Shown here: positions 11,200 to 21,349 of the stretch, one piece after another
Layout: each line of letters starts with the position of its first letter
How positions within the stretch are numbered: the first letter of the stretch is position 1
From: an uncultured delta proteobacterium
Lineage (GTDB): Bacteria > Desulfobacterota > WTBG01 > CAIYCZ01
Direction: 5' to 3'
NCBI GenBank assembly: GCA_963803975.1
Contig: CAWDOY010000048.1
Coordinates: 1 to 64,000, forward strand
DNA length: 64,000 nucleotides
The notes under the pieces: generated by a model
What the model was told of the DNA's origin: nothing
Database searches by the model: none
Seen by the model: the letters and a program-made list of their open reading frames with translations, nothing else
Position numbers and translations under genes: made by a program

Positions 11200-11401
11200 T
11201 CTGATTGTAGAGTCCCCCTGCAGAAAGGAGAATTGGATAATGATAAAAACGTTAGTTTCATATTTTATCAACAGCAAAGAATTAGCAAATTGTTTATTTG
11301 CTCTGGTTTTTATTACCATAGCCTATCTTTATATAAAAACAATTTTGCAGCTGAATTGTGGTTTCTAATTGACGCAACTTATTCAGCTTATACCGGTGAT
11401 C

Positions 11402-11439
11402 GCAAAGAAGCGGAGTCAGCAACGGCTCCGTTTCTTTGC
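11402..11439. terminator. Strong hairpin, possible terminator
   Basis: GCAAAGAAGCGGAGTC / GGCTCCGTTTCTTTGC stem. Confidence 0.45.
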
Positions 11440-11644
11440 ATCTACAGGGTGCAATTAAGAGTTCTTTGCTAAATTTAAGTTTGCCTGGAATTTCTGATTT
11501 CGATATTCGGAATTAATTCCGTCTTGTCCGGGTCAAGGGTGTGCTGAGAATTATTTGTATTGACTAATACCGGATTTTAATTCATAAATAGACAGTGTTA
11601 AATAGATATAATAGTAATATGACCCTGTAATTAGTACTCTGCAC

Positions 11645-11893
11645 ATGAAAAAGCCTGCTCAGCTTTACATCTATCCGAAATGGTCTTATGCCAGCAAAAC
11701 AGCGGTGCTGTTCTGCGCTATAATAGGGCTCTTATGCGCTACCGGGGGCGCGGTCATGCTCCACTACAAATTAAGGGCTGCCGGGGTTATCACCTGGCAT
11801 GTCGGGATGTTTGCAGTGCTCGGCAATACATACTACTACATCAGGGGGATGTATCAGAAGTATATGGATTGCGCGTGGGATGTCTATTATTGA
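11645..11893 (+). CDS. Small hypothetical membrane protein
   Basis: 82-aa ORF with two hydrophobic segments, downstream of a TTGACT/TAAT-like promoter region. Confidence 0.45.
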   Translation: MKKPAQLYIYPKWSYASKTAVLFCAIIGLLCATGGAVMLHYKLRAAGVITWHVGMFAVLGNTYYYIRGMYQKYMDCAWDVYY

Positions 11894-11963
11894 TGGAATA
11901 CAGCGCTCACTTGTGTAATAAGAGCGAAATGATAAAAGGCAGTGCTTAAATTATGGGCACTGC

Positions 11964-13530
11964 GGGGGTGTTGAAAAACCCCCTCTATAAGTATTGTCAG
12001 GCAGTACAAAGCAAAGCGCTATACAGTTTTTCTACCCAATCACCAAAAAACTGTTTAATAACAGCTCCTAACCTATTACGAATAATTAAATACCAGTCTC
12101 CATCATATGGTCGGGGGCTTAAGGCCTTGGCCAGCCGCTTCAAGTTGATTACCGCTGCTATCAGATATACTTGAATCGCAACATTAGCTAACCCACGACG
12201 AATGGCCCGCCGCAAGCCATGCTGCGTTTTCCCCTCACCATGTACCCCTTCAACATAAACCCGATGCCGGCTATAAACCCGTTGGGTATCTGTATCCCAG
12301 CCACGATTCTTTCTCCTGCGCGCTCGCAACAGTGCCTCATAACCATCCACAATTAGTATCACCCGTACCTTTGCCGTCTCAGGGATACATCGTTTCTGTA
12401 GTGGACAAGTGCTACAATCACTCTTCCGTGCGCGGTAGAACCACCCATTCTTCGTACGGTTTGCCCGCTCCAGACTTTTACCTCCAGGACACCGTACCCG
12501 TTGATGCTTGCCGTCATATTTGAACCGCCTGATCGGTATCCGCTTCTCCTTCACCCGCTCCCGCTCCGGCGGTATGATGCCATCTATCCCTCGTTTCTCT
12601 AACCCCTCATAATTCCGTCCATGGGCGTAACTCTTGTCTGCCGTTACCCGGCCCAGCTTCTTCCCGGTTGTCTGCTCAATGCGTTCTACCGTCTCAAGTA
12701 ACCGTTGTCCCTCATTCGCTTCTCCGGTCGTTACCTCAATATCTACGATTACCCCTTCTTTGTCATCGACTGCCGTGTGCTGTTTGTATGACGGCTCAAG
12801 ATGAAAATCCCTCCGTGAGGTCACCAGCGTTGCCTCGGGGTCGGTACTGCTTACCTTCTTCGGATGCTTTTCTCGTGTGCGGGGACGTCCAGGCCCCCGT
12901 GGCCGTGGATCTTCCGCCCGGTTGTCCTCGTCGGTATTGTTCTCTGCAACCACCTGCTCTGCGTGTCTCTCGGTTATGCTTTCCCATGACACGTCCGCTC
13001 GTATCAAAGTCGCATCGATATGCACCGTTTCTCCGCTCACCAACCCCTTTGCTATACAGCTCTGTACCGTCCTCTGAAATATCTTTTTAAACCGCTCTTC
13101 TCCCCAGCGCTGCCGTATCCGGCTCAGGCTCGAATGATCCGGCAACTTCTCTTCCAGACTGTATCCCGCAAACCATCGGAGCGCCAGATTTACCTGTGCC
13201 TCTCTCATTAACTTCCGATCATGCACTACTCCATGGAAAAACCCGGCCAGCATCAGCCGTACTGCTGCTTCCGGGTCTATCCCCGGTCGTCCATTACCTT
13301 CACAGTAACTCTCCCGCACTTCTTCTCGCAACCAGCTCAAATCAAGGATTCTATCTACCCGCCGCAGTATGTGATCTTCAGGAATGAACTGATCGATATC
13401 TCCTGCGATAAATAAGTGCCGCTGCTTTCGGTCCTGCTTGCCTATCATTGAGTGTCTCCATGATTATGTTTGATTTTGCGCTGCAGCATATCATATAATC
13501 ATTTCTCACGGAGACTTTTTCAACACCCCC
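11964..13530 (-). mobile_element. IS1182-family insertion sequence, intact
   Basis: Perfect 15-bp terminal inverted repeats GGGGGTGTTGAAAAA (11964-11978 / 13516-13530); 5-bp target duplication ACTGC at 11959-11963 and 13531-13535. Confidence 0.92.
11997..13448 (-). CDS. IS1182-family DDE transposase
   Basis: 483 aa; IPEDHILR, GRPGIDP, LPDHSSLSRIRQR, IDAT, ADKSY and VEGVHGEGK motifs plus a Cys cluster. Confidence 0.92.
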   Translation of the reverse strand: MIGKQDRKQRHLFIAGDIDQFIPEDHILRRVDRILDLSWLREEVRESYCEGNGRPGIDPEAAVRLMLAGFFHGVVHDRKLMREAQVNLALRWFAGYSLEEKLPDHSSLSRIRQRWGEERFKKIFQRTVQSCIAKGLVSGETVHIDATLIRADVSWESITERHAEQVVAENNTDEDNRAEDPRPRGPGRPRTREKHPKKVSSTDPEATLVTSRRDFHLEPSYKQHTAVDDKEGVIVDIEVTTGEANEGQRLLETVERIEQTTGKKLGRVTADKSYAHGRNYEGLEKRGIDGIIPPERERVKEKRIPIRRFKYDGKHQRVRCPGGKSLERANRTKNGWFYRARKSDCSTCPLQKRCIPETAKVRVILIVDGYEALLRARRRKNRGWDTDTQRVYSRHRVYVEGVHGEGKTQHGLRRAIRRGLANVAIQVYLIAAVINLKRLAKALSPRPYDGDWYLIIRNRLGAVIKQFFGDWVEKLYSALLCTA

Positions 13531-13588
13531 ACTGCCTCTTTTATTTTGCGCTGCGCAGGGATTATTCAGTGTACTATTTGCAGCTGCG

Positions 13589-14158
13589 TCAGTAGGGCTC
13601 TTTCCCTGCAGGAGACGAAAGCGTGTTTTTTGTTTGCTCCACAATAACCCGGGCGGTATTGGAGTACCCATGGGTTATAACAAAACAGGGTGTGCTGTTG
13701 ATGAAAGCCGGTTCACCATTGCGCATAATGCGCGCCTGGACCGTGTAATGATGCGCCGGGTTAATCCTTGCCGGGTCATAGGTAAGCTTAAAGGGAATTG
13801 GTATTTGTCCGGGTGAAGTAATTTTCTGGCCCGTAATTACGGCAGCAGCATCACGCGCGGCAAAGTCAAGCAGCACTACATCGATTACATCGTTGGTATG
13901 AAGCGCCAGGTCCTGCCGGCAATCAATCGAACCGGAAACGCTGGCCAATACTACTGGCGGCGCATCAGGCATTTTTCTTGACGGCCTGCCGGTAAGAAGC
14001 CCGGTACCTGCTTCACCGGTCCGGTACTTCCACAGGTCAAGCATGAAGTCAGTGCCGAGTTCGCCGGAAGAAGAACTGCGCGGCAGGAGCAGAGAAAAAG
14101 CTGCCGTAAATATGATGACCAGCACCTTTGCGTATCGTTTTATCATGCAGTTCAGCAC
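13589..14158 (-). CDS. YbaY/YscW-like exported protein
   Basis: VSGSI...ALH..D.IDV.LLD...D, GQIPIPFKLTYDPARI and YTVQARI pattern. Confidence 0.7.
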   Translation of the reverse strand: MLNCMIKRYAKVLVIIFTAAFSLLLPRSSSSGELGTDFMLDLWKYRTGEAGTGLLTGRPSRKMPDAPPVVLASVSGSIDCRQDLALHTNDVIDVVLLDFAARDAAAVITGQKITSPGQIPIPFKLTYDPARINPAHHYTVQARIMRNGEPAFINSTPCFVITHGYSNTARVIVEQTKNTLSSPAGKEPY

Positions 14159-14289
14159 CGTGAAGGGAGAAAACCGTATTCATCACTAACATATCAACGG
14201 AGACAGGGTGCGTATTGTTTTTTTCGATATATTTTTATTGTCGGAAAGTGCCATTGCTGCTCACCGGAAAAACGTCTGCAAAAACTTCC

Positions 14290-14973
14290 TTACTCCCCGA
14301 TGAACTGCTTAATCCCGAAGCGGGCGAGTTCATCCGCTGTCAGCCAGCGCGCGCCCATGGAAAAAAAATCTTTGGCGTTAAGAAGATTATCGCTCAGCGC
14401 CTGCTGGGTTTTATCAAATGTTGCCTGCCAGACCGGGGTGCCCTGCGCAACGTTCAGCAGGTACAGGGTAAAAGCGACTGAGGCAGGGCTGGGGGACGCC
14501 TCGGCAGTTCCCACGCGCTCCTTGTATCTCCAGACAATGCCGACCATCACATGGTCGGCCTGCAGCCTCCTGCCCAGTGCGATGGCAAGAGACTGCGGTG
14601 TGTCAGTGGCGGGATATTTCGGTAGTTCGGCATATGCAGCCTGAACAGTCGGGTCAGGAATGAGCGCCCCGGCGTAGCTCTTTTGCAGTGCCTCCTGCAG
14701 GAAGCCGGTCATAAGCTCGTCCGCGTTGCCCTTAACCTCCTTGATGTTAAAGCACAGATTGGACATGGTGCAGTAAAGCAGGCGATTCATGGGATCGCCC
14801 AGGCTGCTGTTATGCAGGCCCCTGACAAAAGGCATCAGCGCGATTCGCTGGACTTTAACTGCAGAAAGCCCGCTGCGCGCTTTAACGGTTTCCGGTTTTG
14901 ACTGGCAGCCGGCCAGCAGCAGTGTCAATGACATAACCGCATACGCGGCATGCAATAATTGCAGCTTCACCAT
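14290..14973 (-). CDS. Hypothetical lipoprotein (CsgG/LpoB-like fold suspected)
   Basis: Lipobox LAGC; RIALMPF, LGRRLQADHVMVGIVWRYKER and PASVAFTLYL. Confidence 0.7.
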   Translation of the reverse strand: MVKLQLLHAAYAVMSLTLLLAGCQSKPETVKARSGLSAVKVQRIALMPFVRGLHNSSLGDPMNRLLYCTMSNLCFNIKEVKGNADELMTGFLQEALQKSYAGALIPDPTVQAAYAELPKYPATDTPQSLAIALGRRLQADHVMVGIVWRYKERVGTAEASPSPASVAFTLYLLNVAQGTPVWQATFDKTQQALSDNLLNAKDFFSMGARWLTADELARFGIKQFIGE

Positions 14974-15162
14974 AAAGATATCTCCCTGTAAGGGTGGACC
15001 GTTGTTCTGTTTTGAAAATGATATAAAAGATGATAAATGGCCGGCCGGTTAAGTTCTCCGTTGAGCTATGTATTCTGTTATCATTTCCATCATAAAAGTC
15101 AATGTATATCCTGCAAATACGGCGCTCTTTCAATGAGTCCGCGTTGCCTGTGAAATTGAGCG

Positions 15163-16290
15163 TTAAAACCGGTAGATAAATGCCGGGGTGATGCAGAACA
15201 GGCCGGAAAAGTTCGATCCCATGTCCACCATGAATTGAAAGGTTTTTGTAATTTCAAGGTGTGTTCCAATGTGCGTGCTCCAGGGTTTTTTGGTGCTCTC
15301 CTGCAGGCTGTACCCTACCTTGCCCAGAACCGGTATGTCAGGGCGGCCTTTGATGGTATTTGTCGTGTCCCAGTAGGTTTCCCCGACCCAGAGATTCAGC
15401 CAGGAACCGCGAAGCTTTTTTCGCCATCCAAAGCGTAAAGAGCCCAGATGTGCCCTGACTGCCGGGCTTAATCTGTTTCCAAAAACCAGATCACCCTGCA
15501 GCGCGCTGACAGTGAAGTTCGAGTCAAGCGCGGCGAAAAAGTTTTTATACCCGCCGACCAGGGTAATGCCTCCGCCATAGGTGATGCCGGTTAAATCAAC
15601 AGACACTTTAAAATCTTTTCGACGTGCACCACGCAGGTTTTGTATGCGGTCAAGCAAATCCACACCGATAGTCGCATCGGTATACTGGCGCGTGTACCCT
15701 CCCAGCGCATACAGGCTTAAAAATGGAAAAATCCATGTATCCAAACGCACCGACCAGTTCTTCTCCCTGCTTTTCACTTTTATTTTTGTGAGTTTATCAG
15801 CGTGAATCGTGAAATCCGCGAGCGTAACCTTTGCATTGTCCACCTTGATATGCCGCCGTCCGTAATAAAAACCCGGTGTTACCCCGATGGCATAGGGAAG
15901 CTTATGGCCTCGTTTCTCAGCCCCGGCACCGAAAAAGGGGAAAAGAGTTTGCCATTTCAGTTCGGGGTCTGGCTGGGCTATGTCGGGTTTGGCGGAGACT
16001 GAAACGGACAGCGGTTCAGTAGTCTGAGGAACATCCGCCTCCTGCTTTTTCTCATTCATGCTGCTCATGCGCCACTTCATCAAGGTGGAGCTTTCTTCAT
16101 TGTCAAAGAGAGAGGGCCGCAAATCAGGCTTGATTGAGATGCTGCGGTTAAGTGCCTCAGCCTGCATACGTGCGGATGCATGGACGGGCAGGGGTGGTTC
16201 ACTGCCTGCTGATTCTGGAAAGGGGAAGAACAGAGGCACAAAAGAATAAAGCAGGATAATTATGTGAACAAACGATGGACGGATTCTCAT
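15163..16290 (-). CDS. Putative outer-membrane beta-barrel protein
   Basis: Signal peptide, amphipathic beta strands and C-terminal YRF. Confidence 0.65.
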   Translation of the reverse strand: MRIRPSFVHIIILLYSFVPLFFPFPESAGSEPPLPVHASARMQAEALNRSISIKPDLRPSLFDNEESSTLMKWRMSSMNEKKQEADVPQTTEPLSVSVSAKPDIAQPDPELKWQTLFPFFGAGAEKRGHKLPYAIGVTPGFYYGRRHIKVDNAKVTLADFTIHADKLTKIKVKSREKNWSVRLDTWIFPFLSLYALGGYTRQYTDATIGVDLLDRIQNLRGARRKDFKVSVDLTGITYGGGITLVGGYKNFFAALDSNFTVSALQGDLVFGNRLSPAVRAHLGSLRFGWRKKLRGSWLNLWVGETYWDTTNTIKGRPDIPVLGKVGYSLQESTKKPWSTHIGTHLEITKTFQFMVDMGSNFSGLFCITPAFIYRF

Positions 16291-16396
16291 GAGGTCGCAG
16301 TACTCATGTCATCTACATTAATGTGTCCGCTATAACTGTTTTATGTAATGCTGAGGCTGCCTGACAGGTATCTATAGCGAACGACAAAAGAAAGTA

Positions 16397-16495
16397 GTTA
16401 TTGCCAGAAGCGGGAGCGACGTGCCTGCGCGCTGAAGCGCTACGGCGCGCAAGCGTGGCAATCTCAATAGATTGCTTCACTTCGTTCGCAATGAC
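16397..16495. repeat. REP-like palindromic element containing a nested second palindrome
   Basis: GTTATTGC...GCAATCTC-AATA-GATTGCTTCACTTCGTTCGCAATGAC; the insert at 16424-16457 is flanked by a CGTG duplication. Confidence 0.65.
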
Positions 16496-16672
16496 TTCCG
16501 AGTTGTCAACGTATCTAAGTCGTTCACTATAACTAAAATAATAGTACACTTCCGGCAACGCTGCCACTAAATTTCAAAGCAGTGTTTGTGCAAAGATGAA
16601 ACATAACCCGGAGATGAGAGAACATCTGAAGACAGTCAATATTAAATATACTGCGGTTAGGAAAAGTATCGG

Positions 16673-17659
16673 TTACTGCAGGGGCGGCAGGGGAAGTCCC
16701 GCACGGATTTTTAAGGAGAAGTCCGAATCGTTCCCGGCTTCGTGCGCGCGTTTGCTAATATAGCTTTTTTTCCTGAGCTCGGCAAAGGGCAGGGTGGTGT
16801 CCAGCCGGCCCAGCTCATAGGCATACTCGGCTGTGTAACCGCTCAAAAGAATCTTCCAGCTGTAATGGATGTCGCCGCCGAAAGCCCGGATGAGCGTGAT
16901 GATGCTGGTGGTGCAGTTGGTCGTCAGGGTATTGTAAAACTCGGGCGATTCCCTGAGCTCATTGATCTTTTTAACATACTGCATGAAAAACTGCCGCGCG
17001 CGGTCGGGAGATACGCGGATACGGTAGAGATAGACATCCTCCTGCGGGTTGCGAAAGCTGGTGCGCACCCTGATCAGATCGCGCTCATCACCGGCGACAT
17101 AGATGAGCCCGTACTGCTTGAAAAACCCCTGTATCGAAGAGTATACCTGGCCCTTTGCTTTTCTGGTTTCAATGGAAAAGGTCACATAGTCTGTGCCGCC
17201 GAACCCGAAGCTGATCATAACATGGGCAATGGCATCGCCCATCCAGTACACGGTGATAAGGTCAACCGAGCTGATCTTGCTGATATCAAAAGTCTTGTCA
17301 TAATAGTTTGGGTCATAGTCTGTCTCAGTCCGGTAGTTGAAGTTGCGGATATTGTGAATCGTGACCAGGCTGCCTTGCGTCGTCGCATACGGAAGCATTG
17401 CAACATCTGCCTGCCAGTCGCGGTTGTTTGACGGTTTAATCGAAGACCACCAGACCGCAAAAATTACAAACAGCGCGAGAAAGCAGAGCAGGGTACGGCG
17501 CCGGTTCGGCAGCAGTAAGAATGCGCAGGCGCTTCCCATGGCGAAAACACCGGCAAGCAGGGCAGCCCCCGGCAGACTGGAATAATAGATGGCAAGCGTT
17601 CCCCAGACAGCCAGCAGCAAAACAATAATTACCAGCAAAATTATTACAATTATCCGCAT
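16673..17659 (-). CDS. DUF4105 (Lnb N-terminal-like) membrane protein
   Basis: N-terminal TM helices; PSNNRDWQ, IAHVMISFGF, SIETRK and YNTLTTNCTT. Confidence 0.85.
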   Translation of the reverse strand: MRIIVIILLVIIVLLLAVWGTLAIYYSSLPGAALLAGVFAMGSACAFLLLPNRRRTLLCFLALFVIFAVWWSSIKPSNNRDWQADVAMLPYATTQGSLVTIHNIRNFNYRTETDYDPNYYDKTFDISKISSVDLITVYWMGDAIAHVMISFGFGGTDYVTFSIETRKAKGQVYSSIQGFFKQYGLIYVAGDERDLIRVRTSFRNPQEDVYLYRIRVSPDRARQFFMQYVKKINELRESPEFYNTLTTNCTTSIITLIRAFGGDIHYSWKILLSGYTAEYAYELGRLDTTLPFAELRKKSYISKRAHEAGNDSDFSLKIRAGLPLPPLQ

Positions 17660-17664
17660 ATTGC

Positions 17665-19548
17665 TTATTTCAGGTTTTCAAGTAGAATCCGCCGCACTTC
17701 CTCAATGGTTTGCGGTTCCGACTGGGTTGAGTGGCTGGAGTGAACGATTAGCTCTGATGCCATACCCTCAAGATGAGCGCTGCTGTATTCTACAACACCG
17801 TCATTCCATTTCTCTTTTGGGTCATCCGGGTTCTCCACCGCGATGATTGAGTGTGCAATGACGCCCGGCGCGATGGACAGAGCGTCAAGTGCTTTGATAA
17901 ACTGGTTTTTGGGGTCCATGTTATCTGTGCTGCGCGGAATGTCCTTCAAGGAGCGCAGCGCTATTACCTGGGGGTTATGGACAAGCACATCCTGAAGCGG
18001 GTTAAACAACTTGCCGGGAAGCGATATGAATTTGCCGGCGAGCTTTCCGATCAAGCCCGCTGAAACAAAACTGCCCCGGTGCGGTGTAGAAATAAAAACC
18101 ACCCGGTGGACAAAGGGCAGCGGTTTAAAAAACAAGCTGCGTTTAATTATCGTCTTGGTCTCCGGCGTTGCCTTAATCTCCTCAAGCGGCACTGAAGAGA
18201 GATTATCCCAGAACCGCATTCCGCTGTCGGTGACCATGAGCCGCGTCAGCAGCCCTCCCTGGCTGTGGCCGATTACCACCATCTTTTTGAGGGCAGGGTT
18301 TTTCCCTTCCGGGTCAAACTTTGCCACAACGCTGCGCAGGGCATCAGCCAGGATGCCTCCGGAATATGCGACAGGGTTTCCTGAGTTGTAGGTAAAAAGC
18401 CAGAACTGGTAGCGCCCCCACAGAACGCGGTCATTCTGCAGTTCATTTAACATCTCCGCCCAACGCGCTGGGCTTGATGCGGTGCCGTGTACCAGCACTA
18501 CGGGTATACATTCCGGATCATAGGGCGTCATAAAAAACAGATCGTCCCTGAAGCGGGCGACATTCTTAATGGGAAGTGAGAAGTCACCGGAGAGAAGACC
18601 CTTCAGCTCCAGCTTGTAAATATCCGAGCCTTCAAGGGTATCAGCCAGGGCCGAGCTCAGCTCAAGCTCAAGCGGAACCTGACTGCCGTTGATGGCGACG
18701 CTCGTGGTCTTCTCCGTCGTATGAAGATCAAGATGACTACGAATAGTACCGTTTTTAATTCCTTCTGCAGCATTTTCCATACGCAAGAAGATGGTAACCG
18801 GCACCTTGATGTTTGGCATAACAAGGGAATAGGCGGCATTATCCACTCCCGCAATCGGCTCAATAGCTGCGGTCAGCGGCGCGCCAATGCCGGGCCAGCG
18901 GTAGCGATTGCGGAGTCCCCGCACCCCCAGCTCTGCAGCCTGTTTGAAGTGTACCAGACGGTAGTCGCCCCACTGGAATTCCTTCTCGTTGAGGTACAGA
19001 TTAAGGGTGCCGAAGGGAAGTTTATAGGCGCCGGCCCTGAGCATGACCTCAGCGCCGTCAGAAGAGGTTAGCCCCTCAGCAATGCTGCGGTTATACAAAT
19101 CCACTGCCGTGCGGTAGCGAGGATCAATGCAGCCCGGAGCAGCTTTCATTTCAGCTGGATAAAGAAAAGCGTATGCATAGCAGGCAGCAGCCAGAAAGTG
19201 GGGCCGGTCTTTGCTCTGCGAGGCATGATAAAAGGAAAGCTCCGCGAGCGCAAAGAGCCGGTCGGGTTCGGAAACGCCGTCAAGGCCGCCATGTATTCTG
19301 GCAAGTACTTTTTCCGGTTTATACTGAAACTCGTCCCACAGGCCGAAGCGGCTCAGTATCTGGCAGGTAAAAGGGCTCACCGTACCGTTGCTGAGCACGT
19401 TGGCGGTCAGGGTGCGCTGCACGGTCTTCGGGTCAAGCTTTGTGACGCCAACCGGCGTGGCACAGCCAATAAAGAAAACGATACCAATCAATAAGACCGT
19501 AACAGGCGTAAAGCTCAGGGCATTCTGCTTTGACTCAACTATTTTCAT
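17665..19548 (-). CDS. Alpha/beta-hydrolase (esterase/lipase-like) lipoprotein
   Basis: Lipobox FIGC; VVLVHG, GHSQGG nucleophile motif, TPHRGS, DGVV and SSHS. Confidence 0.85.
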   Translation of the reverse strand: MKIVESKQNALSFTPVTVLLIGIVFFIGCATPVGVTKLDPKTVQRTLTANVLSNGTVSPFTCQILSRFGLWDEFQYKPEKVLARIHGGLDGVSEPDRLFALAELSFYHASQSKDRPHFLAAACYAYAFLYPAEMKAAPGCIDPRYRTAVDLYNRSIAEGLTSSDGAEVMLRAGAYKLPFGTLNLYLNEKEFQWGDYRLVHFKQAAELGVRGLRNRYRWPGIGAPLTAAIEPIAGVDNAAYSLVMPNIKVPVTIFLRMENAAEGIKNGTIRSHLDLHTTEKTTSVAINGSQVPLELELSSALADTLEGSDIYKLELKGLLSGDFSLPIKNVARFRDDLFFMTPYDPECIPVVLVHGTASSPARWAEMLNELQNDRVLWGRYQFWLFTYNSGNPVAYSGGILADALRSVVAKFDPEGKNPALKKMVVIGHSQGGLLTRLMVTDSGMRFWDNLSSVPLEEIKATPETKTIIKRSLFFKPLPFVHRVVFISTPHRGSFVSAGLIGKLAGKFISLPGKLFNPLQDVLVHNPQVIALRSLKDIPRSTDNMDPKNQFIKALDALSIAPGVIAHSIIAVENPDDPKEKWNDGVVEYSSAHLEGMASELIVHSSHSTQSEPQTIEEVRRILLENLK

Positions 19549-19619
19549 GGGTTTATTTATTCCGGAAGATGAGCAAGAGTTTGGGATAATTTAATAAACT
19601 GTTGCTGCACTATATACCA

Positions 19620-19664
19620 TAAAAACAGCGCAGGGGGAGATATAATAATCGCCTCCTGCACTGC
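19620..19664 (-). terminator. Probable terminator on the minus strand
   Basis: CAGCGCAGGGGG / CTCCTGCACTG stem with an A-run on the left, i.e. a T-run on the minus strand. Confidence 0.45.
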
Positions 19665-19714
19665 TACTATCTATCATCAAGGATAGGACAAGCGGAACAG
19701 CGAGAATTATTGAG

Positions 19715-20254
19715 TCGCATAAAACCCCCGGCTCCTGCCGGGGGATGAAGCGGCTATCCAGACGAGATGGTATTTGCTATGATAGGGCATGCGATTCAGA
19801 AAAGGTGCCCATACCATCTATAAGACAGAGTACCATCTCGTCTGGATACCGAGATATCGGCGAAAAATCTTTGTAAAGGGTGTCAAGGAATATGCAGTCA
19901 AGACACTTTCGCACATCCCTGGACTCGATCCCGATATCGAGGTAATTAAACTCAATGTGCAGATAGACCATGTACACATGGTTATCGTGATACCGCCGAG
20001 AATTGCAGTTGCCGAGGTTGTACAGTACATCAAGTCACAGTCGGCAAAAAAACTAAAGGCGAAATTTCCTTTTCTTCACAAAACGTACGCGAGCAAAGAA
20101 GGCATCTGGTCACGAGGATACTGTGTATCGTGTATTGGGCTCAATGAAAAGGAAATTCTCGCCTATGTCTCCCATCAGGAAAAGGAAGACAAAGGGCAAC
20201 TGCAATTGACGTTGTGATCTAAGAAACCCCCGGCTCCTGCCGGGGGAGGGTCAT
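19715..20254 (+). mobile_element. IS200/IS605-family element, TnpA only (ends approximate)
   Basis: Identical 24-nt hairpins AAACCCCCGGCTCCTGCCGGGGGA at 19722-19745 and 20224-20247 flank tnpA. Confidence 0.85.
19789..20217 (+). CDS. tnpA: IS200/IS605-family Y1 (HUH) transposase
   Basis: YHLVWIPRYRR, DHVHM (HUH motif), WSRGY and YVSHQ catalytic Tyr. Confidence 0.93.
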   Translation: MRFRKGAHTIYKTEYHLVWIPRYRRKIFVKGVKEYAVKTLSHIPGLDPDIEVIKLNVQIDHVHMVIVIPPRIAVAEVVQYIKSQSAKKLKAKFPFLHKTYASKEGIWSRGYCVSCIGLNEKEILAYVSHQEKEDKGQLQLTL

Positions 20255-20261
20255 TTACCTG

Positions 20262-20828
20262 CTACTTGTCCGGATGAATCCTGGTTATCTTGGACCCCTG
20301 TATGCCGATTCCTGCCATCAGGCCCTTCTGATCGAAGATGACCGCATAAACGTCGTCTTTTAGGGTTGTGGTTGTCAATGACTTCGCCAGCCCTTCATCG
20401 ACAATGACAATGTTCGGGCCAGTGCCGAGTTCCCAGCCTTTTCTATTTTTAAGCGTTACCATTGCGTTCTTGTTCATGAAGAACAGGGCATACCCGTACT
20501 TCTGAATACCTGCCTGAAGGCCCCAGGAACCGGCAACCGTGTTGAAGTAGCCGACCGTCTTGCCAGCCTTGCGCAGGGCACCCACACCATACTGCCCGCC
20601 GACGATAAAACCCCCCTTGGTGATGCTGGGGAAAACAAGCACTGCCACTGCTTTCTCACTGATGGTTTTCGCCACGGGATTGCTGGCGTACAGCTGATTC
20701 AGGGCTGCGGTAACATCCCGATTGATTTCTGCTTTACTGGGAACCAGTACCGAAGCAGACGCAGTTACTCCTGCCAGGAAGATGATTAATGCCAGAACAA
20801 TAACAAGTGCTTTAGTTTTTCCTTTCAT
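20262..20828 (-). CDS. YSC84/SYLF-like lipid-binding exported protein
   Basis: SD GGAGG; signal peptide; AVLVFPSITKGGFIVGGQYGVG, GSWGLQAG and QKGLMAGIGIQGSKI. Confidence 0.85.
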   Translation of the reverse strand: MKGKTKALVIVLALIIFLAGVTASASVLVPSKAEINRDVTAALNQLYASNPVAKTISEKAVAVLVFPSITKGGFIVGGQYGVGALRKAGKTVGYFNTVAGSWGLQAGIQKYGYALFFMNKNAMVTLKNRKGWELGTGPNIVIVDEGLAKSLTTTTLKDDVYAVIFDQKGLMAGIGIQGSKITRIHPDK

Positions 20829-20914
20829 GACAACCTCCTTTTTAAATATTTTAAAACATCTCATGCCCTGTCCCTCAATGTTATTTTACTGAGACTGCCA
20901 TATCCACTCTTGTT

Positions 20915-21145
20915 TTACTGCTGTTTTTTCTTCTCCCCGATAATGTATCCGGTCAGGCCGCCGGCAACCGCGCCAACCGCTGCGCCAACTCCTGCATTGC
21001 CTCCGGCGATGGCAGCAATGCCGGCCCCGCCGGCAGCACCAATAAGCCCGCCGCTCATAGTGCGCTGCTGCTGATCTGACATGCCCGCGCATCCCATTGT
21101 TGACAGAAAAACGATGACAAGACCTGTTGCAATAATGCGTTTCAT
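20915..21145 (-). CDS. Glycine-zipper small lipoprotein
   Basis: Lipobox MGC; GxxxG repeats (GGLIGAAGGAGIAA...GAAVGAVAGG). Confidence 0.85.
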   Translation of the reverse strand: MKRIIATGLVIVFLSTMGCAGMSDQQQRTMSGGLIGAAGGAGIAAIAGGNAGVGAAVGAVAGGLTGYIIGEKKKQQ

Positions 21146-21349
21146 AATAGCGCTCCTTATAGTTGTTAAAAGCTGTCAGCTTTAAGCCTTCAGCTCTCAG
21201 CTTTTTTTCTGGGCCTGTTGCCTTTTCTTTTCCGATTCACCCACTCGCCGCGCCAGCCGCGACGAAGCGACGGCTCGGCGGGCTGTCGCTCTGGCGCAGC
21301 GGGTTCACCGAGTCCCCAAATCCTAACACCGAATTCCGAGCCCCTGCCG

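Noticed and set aside
16313..16567. 84-aa minus-strand ORF containing VIANEVKQS
   Set aside because: It is a translation of the palindromic repeat, not a credible gene.
20217..20262. TnpB/IscB nuclease associated with tnpA
   Set aside because: The right-end hairpin follows the tnpA stop immediately; there is no room for a second ORF.
21225..21310. GC-rich hairpin region as a known ncRNA
   Set aside because: It can fold, but matches no family I recognise; more likely an intergenic REP-like remnant.
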